Origin: Candidatus Multivorans sp.
GTDB taxonomy: Bacteria > Acidobacteriota > Thermoanaerobaculia > Multivoradales > Multivoraceae
NCBI GenBank assembly: GCA_965224025.1
Contig: OZ245033.1
Location: 2,720,001 to 2,784,000 of the forward strand
Direction: 5' to 3'
DNA: 64,000 bases
The notes under the pieces were generated by a model. It was given only the letters and a program-made list of their open reading frames with translations, had not been told where the DNA came from and searched no databases. Each line of letters begins with the position of its first letter. Within the stretch, counting starts at the first letter, position 1. This document shows positions 40,944-50,202 of this stretch, one piece after another. A program made the translations under genes and the position numbers.

Positions 40944-43373
40944 GTGGTCCGTCCCGGGGGCGGCCTGCATCGAGTCCTGGGATGGGTCCTGCTGACGGCG
41001 ACGGCCGCGAACCTGTTCCCATCCAGCGGCACGGGGTTGGCGCAGGAGGCTCCGCTGGTCCCGACTGCCGTCTCGATTCAGGATGAGCGCGGACGCGGCA
41101 TCGAGGACGTCGTCGTTCAGGTGCTGCGGATGCCGCCGGCAGGCGCGATACGCCCCTATGCCGTGGTCCTGACCAGGACACGGACCGCCGGCGATGGAAC
41201 GACAGAGGGTTCGCTGCCGAGCGTCCGCGGGATGACGGTCGTTGTCGATCACCCCCGCTACGAGCGGTTCGTCGGCGCCTACCACGACGGCCGGCCGCCG
41301 GCGACGATCCGGCTCGGACCTGGACGCGTTCTGGAAGGCCAGGTCCTCTCGGCCGACGGCAGCGAGGCGGCCGGCGCCACGGTCTGCGTGCGCTGGGAGG
41401 ACGACACGACGCCGTCCCCCGCGAACGTCGTGCGACGATGCGCCGACGCGTCGGAGGACGGCCGGTTCGTGGTGTCCGGTCTCTCGGCGTTCGCCGAAGC
41501 GGAGGTCGTGGCGGAGGCCGAGGGCCATGGCCGCGCCGCGGCCGAACTCGCCGGCGACCCTTGGCCGGAACGCCCGCTCGTCCTCAGACTGGACGACGCG
41601 GCGGCCGAGGACGAGGCGTCCACGCTGGCCGCCAGGTCGGGCAGCGTGCGCGTGCAAGTGCTGTCCACCGCCGGGATCCCGATCGACCGCTTTGCCATGC
41701 GGGTTGTGATCCTGCGGCCGCGCTCCCACGCTTTCGCCCGTTGGGAGGCCGAGCAGGATACGTCTCCCGTAATCGTCCCGATTCCCGGCGATACGGCACG
41801 GGGCGATCTCCAGGTCCACTTCCTGGCGGAGAACCACGTCCTCTCCGATGGCTTCCGCCTGTATCCCAATCCGGGGAGCGTCACCGACCTCGGCGTGGTC
41901 TACCTGGAACCGGGCGCCGTCGTCACCGGACGCCTGTTCGACAGCGTCGGGTCCCAGCCTGTCGCCGGCTGCATTCTGGAGCTCCTGCCGGCCGGGAGCG
42001 GGCGGTTCCTGCACCGCCTGCGAGGCCTGCAGCACGTCACGGTCTCGGACGGCGAGGGCGCCTTCCTCCTGGGCGGGCTCACCGAGGGGCGGTACTATCT
42101 CCGCACGGAGTGCAGGACGGGGCCGCCCACCGAGAGGCTCATCGCCCTCGACGACTCGGAGCGCGCCGACCTCGGGGAGATCTGGATGCCCGCGGCGCGC
42201 GCCGTTCGGGTCAGGGTGCATGGGGCCGGCAGCGGCACCATTCACGTGATGGACCGCTTCCGCGAGGCGGGCACTTCTCTGGCGACGGCCGTTCTCCAAC
42301 CGGCGACCGCGCCCGAATCGGCACGGGAAGATCGCGGCGCCTCTTCGTTCGCTGAGGTTCAACTCGCGCCGGGCCGCTACCGGATAGACCTCAGGGATTC
42401 CAGCGATGCCCCTGGCGCCTCTTCCGTGCACCGGGCTCAGGTGGCGGCGGATGGTTCCTTCATGTTGGAGGGTGCGCCCGACGAGTTCCTGTGGATGACG
42501 TGGTTCGCGCCCGACGGCCGAAGCCGCGTCGGTCGGATCTGGCCCGACCGGCCGCTCTCCGAACTCGACCTGGGCGGGACCTCGGTGGTTTCCGGCGAAC
42601 TGCGACCGGCGGCAGGCCGCGTCCTCACGAAGACCAGCGTCGTCCTGATCGGCGATCTTGGTCTTGACGTCGCCGGCACCTTCACGGCGGAGAATGGGTA
42701 CTTCGCTCTGCCTCCGGTACCGCCGGGGCGCTATCGCTTGCAGGCCAACACCGGAGCGGCCCTCGCCACCGCGGACCTCGTCCTGAACGCGGACGAACCG
42801 CCTCCGTTCCAGATCCTGCAGGCGGATGAAGACGGCGTCGGCGAGGTCGAGGTTCGGCTGGCTACGCCAGGCATTCCCCTGGTCGGTGCACGGCTGCACG
42901 TCCTTGGTGCCGACGGGACCCTCGCCGCCAGCCGTCTCGTCGTCGAGAACGGCGTCTTTCTTGCCGGGAACGTGCCGGCGGGAGAGGTCACCGTCCTGTG
43001 GGATCATGGCGGCGCCTGCGTCGGCGCCGACAAGGTGACGCTGGAAGCCGGCCGATCGGCACGGCTGGAGCGCACACTGCGCCTCGGAAGGCTGCTGGAA
43101 CTCCGGTGCTCCGAGCGGAGTTGCGCGGGCGAGACTCTCTCCCTGGTCCGCCTGACGACGGAGGCAGGCGTCAAGGTCGCCCACCATCTGACGGCAGCGT
43201 TGCCCGGTACGACCTTCTCGGACGACGGCCGCGTGGGCCTGGGCTGCCTGACTCCGGGGGCCTACAGTCTCTCGCTCTGGGCGGACGGACGTCGCTGGGA
43301 TGCGGAGTTCGAACTCGAGCCGGGGCCGGAGGAGATTCCGGTGACGGTCACCGTCCGGCCGTCGGCCGGCTGA
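40944..43373 (+). CDS. Secreted protein with repeated carboxypeptidase-regulatory-like (prealbumin-fold) domains
   Basis: Repeats of V(T/E)GxV…GATV / SDGEGAFLLGGLTEGRY / ENGYFALPPVPPGRY; hydrophobic N-term; GTG 40944 after AGAGGGA. Confidence 0.75.
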   Translation: MVRPGGGLHRVLGWVLLTATAANLFPSSGTGLAQEAPLVPTAVSIQDERGRGIEDVVVQVLRMPPAGAIRPYAVVLTRTRTAGDGTTEGSLPSVRGMTVVVDHPRYERFVGAYHDGRPPATIRLGPGRVLEGQVLSADGSEAAGATVCVRWEDDTTPSPANVVRRCADASEDGRFVVSGLSAFAEAEVVAEAEGHGRAAAELAGDPWPERPLVLRLDDAAAEDEASTLAARSGSVRVQVLSTAGIPIDRFAMRVVILRPRSHAFARWEAEQDTSPVIVPIPGDTARGDLQVHFLAENHVLSDGFRLYPNPGSVTDLGVVYLEPGAVVTGRLFDSVGSQPVAGCILELLPAGSGRFLHRLRGLQHVTVSDGEGAFLLGGLTEGRYYLRTECRTGPPTERLIALDDSERADLGEIWMPAARAVRVRVHGAGSGTIHVMDRFREAGTSLATAVLQPATAPESAREDRGASSFAEVQLAPGRYRIDLRDSSDAPGASSVHRAQVAADGSFMLEGAPDEFLWMTWFAPDGRSRVGRIWPDRPLSELDLGGTSVVSGELRPAAGRVLTKTSVVLIGDLGLDVAGTFTAENGYFALPPVPPGRYRLQANTGAALATADLVLNADEPPPFQILQADEDGVGEVEVRLATPGIPLVGARLHVLGADGTLAASRLVVENGVFLAGNVPAGEVTVLWDHGGACVGADKVTLEAGRSARLERTLRLGRLLELRCSERSCAGETLSLVRLTTEAGVKVAHHLTAALPGTTFSDDGRVGLGCLTPGAYSLSLWADGRRWDAEFELEPGPEEIPVTVTVRPSAG

Positions 43374-43451
43374 GCTGATTCGGCGCTGTCCGGGGTTGGG
43401 CATGTTCCGCGCCTCGCTCCGTCCAACGGCCAGCGGATAGCCTCGCGTGCC

Positions 43452-44654
43452 GTGGGCTTCGTTTGGCATGTCGCGCTGAGGTACTTCCGCTCGACCCGCG
43501 CGGATGCGCACATCCGTGTGCTGTCTTCGCTGACCGCCGGTGGTCTGGCGGTGGGCACTGCCGCCCTGGTCCTCGCCCTGGCGGCGCTCTCGGGCTTTCA
43601 GAACCATCTGCTGGAGGACCTCGCGCAGCACACACCGACCTTGCAGGTGGAACTGGGAGGTCGAGCGGAATCCGGGAACGGGTCGGCCGGGTCGGCTGCC
43701 TCGCTGGTCGACCGGGTGACGGCTACAGAAGGCGTCGTGGCGGCCCAGGAGTTGCTCTACGCTCGCGGCTGGCTGGTCGACAGGACGGGTGCGTTGCCGG
43801 TCGAGGTGGTGGGCTACGAGAAGACGCCGCCGGCATGGATCCCGGTCGAGCACGCTGCCGCTGGGGGCCTGATCGTGCCCGTCTCCGTTGCTCTGCGGAG
43901 GGGGCTGGCGGTCGGCGGCACGGCGCGGTTGGTGTCGCCCCGGCCCGGACTGACGCCGGTGGGGCCGCGGCCGCGTACGCGCACGCTGCCGGTGGCGGCG
44001 ATCTACGACTCCGGCCGCGCGGAGTACGAGGACCTGCCGGTGCTGCTGCCGCTCGAGCAGGCGGCCGCGCTCTTCGCGGGCGGCGACCGCCGGCTTGATC
44101 TGACCCTGGCCCCGGCCGCCGATCCGGAGAACGTGGCCGGCAACCTGCGTCCGGCGATTGCCGCGGGCGAGGGCACGGTGACGACCTGGCGGCAGGCCAA
44201 TCGGGCGCTGCTGTTCGTCCTCCGGCTGGAGAAGGGCCTCGTGTTCTCGGCGGTGGCGCTGATCGTCGCGGTGGCGGCTTTCGCGCTGCTCGCCGCGCTG
44301 TCCCTGGTGCTGTCGAGCAAGCGCTCCGAAGTCGGCGTGCTCGCGGCGATGGGGGCGCCGCCGGCCCGGTTGCAGCGACTCTTTCTGGCGCTCGGCGCGC
44401 TGCTCTCGGTGGGCGGCGCCGGTTTCGGCGGCGCGGTGGGCGCGGGCGTGGCCGTGTTTCTGGACCGCTTCCGGGTCCTTTCGCTCCCGTCTGACGTGTA
44501 CATCGTCGACTATGTACCGTTCCTGGTTCGGGGCCGGGACGTGCTCGTGGTCGTGGTGGCCACGATCGTGTTCACGGGCGCGGCCTCGCTGCTGAGCGCG
44601 CGCAGGGCGAGCCGCCTGGATCCGGTCGAGGCGATGAGGAGCGCCCGGACGTGA
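43452..44654 (+). CDS. lolE: Lipoprotein-releasing ABC transporter permease (LolC/E)
   Basis: VALRYF, GLAVGTAAL…SGF, KRSEVGVLAAMGA, SDVYIVDYVP, ASRLDPVEAMR. Confidence 0.88.
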   Translation: MGFVWHVALRYFRSTRADAHIRVLSSLTAGGLAVGTAALVLALAALSGFQNHLLEDLAQHTPTLQVELGGRAESGNGSAGSAASLVDRVTATEGVVAAQELLYARGWLVDRTGALPVEVVGYEKTPPAWIPVEHAAAGGLIVPVSVALRRGLAVGGTARLVSPRPGLTPVGPRPRTRTLPVAAIYDSGRAEYEDLPVLLPLEQAAALFAGGDRRLDLTLAPAADPENVAGNLRPAIAAGEGTVTTWRQANRALLFVLRLEKGLVFSAVALIVAVAAFALLAALSLVLSSKRSEVGVLAAMGAPPARLQRLFLALGALLSVGGAGFGGAVGAGVAVFLDRFRVLSLPSDVYIVDYVPFLVRGRDVLVVVVATIVFTGAASLLSARRASRLDPVEAMRSART

Positions 44655-45319
44655 TCTCGGTCTCCGGAGTCGCCAAGGCCTACCGCGACGGCGACGTCCG
44701 GCGCGAGGTCCTGCGCGGCGTCGATCTCGAGGTCGGCCGCGGCGACACGGCCGCCATCGTGGGACCTTCGGGCTCGGGGAAGTCGACCCTGCTGAACATT
44801 CTGGGGGCGCTGGATGCGCCCGACGCCGGCACGGTTCGCGTCGACGGAGTGGATCTCTCGGCCTCCAGACCCGGAGCGTTGGCGGGGTTTCGGAATCGCT
44901 CCCTCGGCTTCGTGTTCCAGTTCCACCAGTTGCTGCCGGACTTCACGGCGATCGAGAACGTGATCATGCCGGGACGGATCGCGGGCCGCTCCGCGGCGTC
45001 GCTGCAGACTCAGGGGCTGGAGCTGCTCGACCAGGTCGGGCTCAGAAACCGCGCCGCCGACTTTCCGCCGCAGCTTTCCGGCGGCGAGCGGCAGCGGGTG
45101 GCGATCTGCCGCGCGCTGGTGCTCGAACCCCCGGTGCTGCTTGCCGACGAACCGACCGGCAATCTGGACGCGGCCAGCGGAGCGCGGGTGCTGGAGCTCA
45201 TGTACGGCCTTCAGCGGCGGCGCGGAACCACCATGGTGCTGGTGACGCACAATCCCGATGTGGCCGGTCGCTGCGGCAGGGTGCTGCGACTGGACGGAGG
45301 ACGCCTGACGGCGGACTAG
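44651..45319 (+). CDS. lolD: Lipoprotein-releasing ABC transporter ATP-binding protein
   Basis: [44 protein letters not shown]. Confidence 0.92.
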   Translation: MISVSGVAKAYRDGDVRREVLRGVDLEVGRGDTAAIVGPSGSGKSTLLNILGALDAPDAGTVRVDGVDLSASRPGALAGFRNRSLGFVFQFHQLLPDFTAIENVIMPGRIAGRSAASLQTQGLELLDQVGLRNRAADFPPQLSGGERQRVAICRALVLEPPVLLADEPTGNLDAASGARVLELMYGLQRRRGTTMVLVTHNPDVAGRCGRVLRLDGGRLTAD

Positions 45320-45672
45320 AAGCCCGATCCGCGAGCGCCGATAGCGCCCCGAAACTCGGCGTCCGGAGCAAGCAAGTCGAGCACGGCCGCAGCATGGAGG
45401 CGAAGGAAGGCGGCCGCGGCGCGCGATTCTGCGGTCGCGGACTTCGGGTCGACGCGCCGGCTTGAGCGCTTGCCTCGCACGAGTACCGGCCGCGCCGTCC
45501 TGGCAGCACTGACCGTGGCGGATCCTCGGCGGCGTCGGACTCTTGCGCGCGGTCTTCGCCGCGCTGGATCGCCCGATACCGGCACTACGTCGCCCTTGGG
45601 AAAGGTAGACGGCGTCACGGCGTAGGTCTACAGTCTCAGCATGAGCGCGGTTCAACACGGAGGGTACACACG

Positions 45673-46556
45673 ATGAAGACGCCCCGACTCTTCGCACTGA
45701 ATGAAGCCCCTGGACCGCCGTTGCGGAGGTTCTGGATACCACGCGCGGCGTGGTCTACTCGCAAGTGCCGGACACGTTGCGCGCGAAGCTGGAGCGGGAG
45801 GCCGCTGTCTTCGATCAGCGATTCGGTTCCGCTCGCGATCACGGTCTGGAGGAGGGCGAGTCGGCGCCTGACTACTGTGGTCCGTACGACGCCGATTCAT
45901 CGACCATTACATATGCGCCTCCGGAGACGACAGATGTTGAGCTGGCGTTGATGTTGGCGGAAGTAGCCGTGACGGCTACCACGTCAGAAGTCATCCCCGG
46001 ATTCGACGCCGAAGGCAATCCCTATGTGTTGCTCGCGTTGTCTGAGATCGATCCGCTGTTCAGCGATTCGCAACTGCCGGCCTATGCTCTCGTTGCAGTG
46101 GAATCGCTCGTGATCGGTGACCGGGTCTACTGTGGGACTATGCCCTTCGCGAACACGACGCCCTACCAGCCGAGGGCAGGCGGCCGTGTTGCCCTAGGCG
46201 GTTTTCTGGCGTCCAGCTCGACAACCATCGTCGTTGATCCCGTGCACGACGGTTTTTTGGCCGCGTCGGAGGTAGCCAACAGTCAGTTCCGGCTGAACTG
46301 GAAATCCCATGCTCGCAAGCAAGGGCCGACAAGAATGGCCGGTTTGCGGGTTCTGGCAGACGGGCTCGTGTCCCGGGGGCTACGTGATCTGACGAGAGAT
46401 CTTCGCAGCCTAGATGTCTCGGAAGAAGAATACGACGAGCGTATTGGGTTCGCTGACTTCTGGAACGAGACCACGGAGAAAGGTTGTGGGGTGCTGGGTG
46501 CTGAGCGCCTGTCAGATAGTCGCATAGAGCTGAGGTTGCAACCGTGCCCAGAGTAA
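45673..46556 (+). pseudogene. Hypothetical gene; true start probably ATG 45673 with a frameshift into ORF 45750..46556
   Basis: TAGACG-17-TACAGT promoter (45606-45634) and GGAGGG RBS precede ATG 45673, but the long frame begins only at ~45750. Confidence 0.45.
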
Positions 46557-47023
46557 GAGTCTGCCTGACTTTGCTCGTTAGCCTTTCCCTGGTCCCCGTT
46601 GCTGCGAGTGCTCAGCCGGGCTGCGTTCTAGGGTCTGCGGCCGGCACGTTTCGAGCCATTCCCAGCACCATTCGCCTTTTTGCCGATGAGAGTGACGTTG
46701 GTACGAAGCGGGGGAAACAAGGGCTCACCACGCCCGCCCAACCTAACAGCGTGGTCAGTTCCGAGGCTTGCGACGACATTCGACGCGAGATGAACGGCGA
46801 GCCGGATCCTGACCCTGATGACGGCGGCAGCGGCGGCATCGAAGGCGGCAGCGGCGGCATCGATGGCGGGGGCGGAGGAGGAGGTTCGGGAGGGCTTCCG
46901 TCGTGCGCAACGCTACCTGGGGGTTGTCCGCCTCCACCGCCGCCGGAGCCCGACTGTTGTGTGGCTGTCTGTGGCGGCCCGCCAGAGCAGGTTCCCTGCG
47001 ACGAGGACGAGGAAGAAATCTGA
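46544..47023 (+). CDS. Secreted Gly/Pro/Cys-rich hypothetical protein
   Basis: Signal peptide (…VAASA|Q); 21-bp tandem repeat GGSGGI(E/D) at 46823-46864; six-Cys acidic tail. Confidence 0.55.
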   Translation: MPRVRVCLTLLVSLSLVPVAASAQPGCVLGSAAGTFRAIPSTIRLFADESDVGTKRGKQGLTTPAQPNSVVSSEACDDIRREMNGEPDPDPDDGGSGGIEGGSGGIDGGGGGGGSGGLPSCATLPGGCPPPPPPEPDCCVAVCGGPPEQVPCDEDEEEI

Positions 47024-47676
47024 GACCCTTCTGAACTCGGCTCCGATTGTGACGGCGATGTGTGTAAGGGCGCCTACTTTCCTTCAAAGTACACCTTCGC
47101 CGCTTCGCGTCCTGCCTCCTGGGTACTCCTCTCGGTCGAGGAGTACACGCTAGCCACTTGTCCACTTTCCGGGACCACCTCAGGGAACGGAGTTCGCCGG
47201 CGCGCTCGTCGATCCGCCGCAGCGCCGCTTGGGCGTACTGCTCGGCCTCGGCGAGTTCTGTCAGAACGCGCCGGTTCGCCTGCATCCGGTCTTCGAGGCT
47301 CAGCGGCTTCGTCATCGCTCGAACCCCACCCGCCGCGGTCCGGGACGATGCGCTGCGGGGTCGGTGCCGGCCGGGTCGGTTGTGGCTGCGGCGGGCCTAT
47401 CTGCTCCTTGACCCAGTGGCGAAGGCGGTCGATCTCCTGGCGGAGTTTGCGGACGCACTGCCGCGGCGCCGCGGCGGTCTTCTCGGTCAGGGCCGCCCGC
47501 TCATAGCGCCCCGAAACTCCTTGCAGGCTCGGTGTTTCGGCCCATCCCGTCCTAGCGCCCAGAACCCGGGTGGAGCGATCCGCGCCACCCGCGAACCAGC
47601 CGCGCGCCCGTCATCGGGCGCACGGATGGAACTTGCTTGGCTGCGTTCTGCGGCACAAGATCATAGACTGGGGTCC

Positions 47677-50202
47677 GTGTTCGAGAAGTACAACGAAAAG
47701 GCGCGTCGGGCGCTCTTCTTCGCCCGCTACGAGGCGAGCAAGCTGGGCAGCCGCGTCATCGAGTCGGAGCACATCCTGCTCGGCGTCCTGCGGGAGGGCG
47801 AGGACTCGATCACCGAGCTGCTCCAGCGGCTCGAGGTCAAACCGGAGGACCTCCGCCGCGAGATCGAGGGAGAGCGGGTGTTCGTCGAGCGCATCTCGTC
47901 GACCGCGGAGTTGCCGCTCTCGGAAGAGTCGAAGAAGATTCTCGCGTACGCCTCGCACGAGGCCGAGAGCATGGTCCACTCCTCGGTCGGTTCGGAGCAT
48001 CTGCTGATCGGGGTGCTGCGGGTCGAGGGCTGTTTGGCGCGGCGCATCCTGGTTCAGTACGGGTTCGATGTCGCGACCGTGCGCGAAGAGGTCGCGGAGG
48101 TGGCGCGGGAGCGGGCCAACCGGCGCGGCAAGCAGGAGCTGCCCTATCTTCACGAGTTCGGCCGCGACCTGACCGCGCTCGCCCAGCAGGATCAGTTCGA
48201 CCCGCTCATCGGTCGCGAGGAGGAGGTCGGGCGGATAGTTCAGATCCTCGCGCGGCGAACGAAGAACAACCCCATCCTGCTCGGGGAGCCGGGGGTCGGC
48301 AAGACGGCGATCGTCGAAGGGCTGGCGCAGCGCGTGGTGCTGGGGCGGGTGCCCCGGTTCTTGGCGAGAAAGCGCATCGTCGCCCTCGACCTGTCGTTGA
48401 TCGTCGCCGGCACGAAGTACCGGGGCCAGTTCGAGGAGCGCCTGAAGGGCATCCTCAAGGAGTTGGAGGAGGGCGAGGACGTGCTCGTCTTCATCGACGA
48501 GATCCACGCTCTGGTCGGAGCGGGCTCGGCCGAGGGGTCGCTCGACGCGGCGAACATCCTCAAACCGGCTTTGTCGAGGGGCGACATCGCCTGCATCGGC
48601 GCCACGACGCAGCGGGAGTACCGGCGCTACATCGAGAAGGACCGTTCCCTGCTGCGGCGTTTCCAGGCCATCCAGGTCGAGCCGCCGACGGCCGATGAGA
48701 CGTACGACATTCTGGTCGGGCTCAAGGAGCGTTACCAGGGATTCCACAAGGTGGCCTACGACGACGGCGCGCTGCGGGCCGCGGTCGCCGGGTCGAACCG
48801 CTACATCCCCGACCGATACCAGCCGGACAAGTCGATCGACGTGATCGACGAGGCCGGCGCCAGGGTCAAGCTGCGCAGGGTGAGGGACACGCGCCAGACG
48901 CGCCGGATCGAAACCGAGATCCGGCAGGTGGTCGCCGAGATGAAGGCGGCGATTTCGGACAAGGACTTCGACTGCGCGGTCCGCTACCGGGAGCGCGAAA
49001 TCGAACTGCGGGAAGATCTGGAGAGCATGGAGCGGTTGCATAACCGTGGCGTTGGAGATCAGGTCGTGACTGCCCAGGATGTGGAGGAGGTGATCGCCTC
49101 CTGGACCGGTGTGCCCGTGGCCGCTCTGCGCAACGATGAGGCCCAGCGTCTGATGAACATGGAGGAGGTGCTGCGCCAGCGGATCGTGGGCCAGGAACGG
49201 GCGATCCGTGCGATCAGCCGCGCCATCCGCAGGTCGCGGCTCGGTGTCTCCGATCCCCGGCGCCCGGTGGGTTCCTTCGTCTTTCTGGGACCGAGCGGCG
49301 TCGGCAAGACGGAGGTTGCGCGGCGGCTCGCCGAGTTCCTGTTCGGCAGCCGGAACGCCCTGCTGCGATTCGACATGAGCGAGTACATGGAGAAGTACGC
49401 GGCTTCCAAGCTGATCGGCTCCCCGCCGGGCTACGTCGGCTACGAGGAGGGCGGCCAGTTGACCGAGCGGGTGCGGCGCCAGCCGTACTCGCTGATCCTC
49501 TTCGACGAGATCGAGAAGGCGCACCCGGACATCTCCAGCCTGCTGTTGCAGATCCTGGAGGAAGGGACGCTGACGGACGCCTACGGCAACCATGTCGACT
49601 TCCGCCACTCCCTCGTGCTCCTGACCTCGAACCTGGGCAGCAATCTGGTCCTCAAGGGGGGCCGGATGGGCTTCGGAGGCGTCTCCTCGGACGACGACTT
49701 CGCCCGTGTGCGGGAGGAGATCGAAGCCGAACTCCGGCGATCCTTCAGCCCCGAATTCATCAACCGGATCGACGAGACGATCGTGTTCAATCCGCTGGGC
49801 CGCGAGGAACTGCGGGCGATCGTCGATCTGCTCCTGTCGGACGTGAACGAGACCCTCGCCGAGCGTGGCCTGACGGTCGATGTGACTCCGTCGGCTCGGG
49901 AATGGCTGCTCGAGCAGGCGGGAATCGACCCGTCGACCGGCGCCCGGCCGCTCCGGCGGACGATCCAGCGCCACGTCCAGGACGCGGTGTCCGACCTGCT
50001 GATCCAGCGCACCGGCGCGGAGATCCATCGGATCGAGTTTGATCTGGCGCCGATCCAGGGGCAGAACCCCGGCGGCGAGGGTTCGCTCGCCGAGATGGAA
50101 CTGGTCCTGGAAGTAGTCCCGGGCGCCGGCGGCGAGCAAGTCGCAGCGGCCGGTAGACACCTGGCAGTCCGTGAGGAGGAACCTGCTCTTGCCGAATCCT
50201 GA
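47677..50202 (+). CDS. clpC: ATP-dependent Clp protease ATP-binding subunit ClpC
   Basis: FEKYNEKARRALFFARYEA Clp_N; GEPGVGKT, FIDEIH; UVR coil; GPSGVGKT, FDEIEKAHP; GARPLRR. Confidence 0.95.
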   Translation: MFEKYNEKARRALFFARYEASKLGSRVIESEHILLGVLREGEDSITELLQRLEVKPEDLRREIEGERVFVERISSTAELPLSEESKKILAYASHEAESMVHSSVGSEHLLIGVLRVEGCLARRILVQYGFDVATVREEVAEVARERANRRGKQELPYLHEFGRDLTALAQQDQFDPLIGREEEVGRIVQILARRTKNNPILLGEPGVGKTAIVEGLAQRVVLGRVPRFLARKRIVALDLSLIVAGTKYRGQFEERLKGILKELEEGEDVLVFIDEIHALVGAGSAEGSLDAANILKPALSRGDIACIGATTQREYRRYIEKDRSLLRRFQAIQVEPPTADETYDILVGLKERYQGFHKVAYDDGALRAAVAGSNRYIPDRYQPDKSIDVIDEAGARVKLRRVRDTRQTRRIETEIRQVVAEMKAAISDKDFDCAVRYREREIELREDLESMERLHNRGVGDQVVTAQDVEEVIASWTGVPVAALRNDEAQRLMNMEEVLRQRIVGQERAIRAISRAIRRSRLGVSDPRRPVGSFVFLGPSGVGKTEVARRLAEFLFGSRNALLRFDMSEYMEKYAASKLIGSPPGYVGYEEGGQLTERVRRQPYSLILFDEIEKAHPDISSLLLQILEEGTLTDAYGNHVDFRHSLVLLTSNLGSNLVLKGGRMGFGGVSSDDDFARVREEIEAELRRSFSPEFINRIDETIVFNPLGREELRAIVDLLLSDVNETLAERGLTVDVTPSAREWLLEQAGIDPSTGARPLRRTIQRHVQDAVSDLLIQRTGAEIHRIEFDLAPIQGQNPGGEGSLAEMELVLEVVPGAGGEQVAAAGRHLAVREEEPALAES

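Larger units (their letters stand above)
45341..47519. other. Accessory islet bounded by 17-bp direct repeats ATAGCGCCCCGAAACTC
   Basis: Exact repeat at 45341-45357 and 47503-47519; interior more AT-rich; separates lolD from clpC. Confidence 0.6.

Noticed and set aside
40635-43853. 1072-aa minus-strand ORF
   Set aside because: Antisense shadow of the repeat protein and lolE; Arg/Gly-rich, no motifs
47158-47676. N-terminal extension making ClpC 1014 aa
   Set aside because: The conserved Clp_N begins at GTG 47677 after a -10 box; the upstream frame crosses the islet boundary
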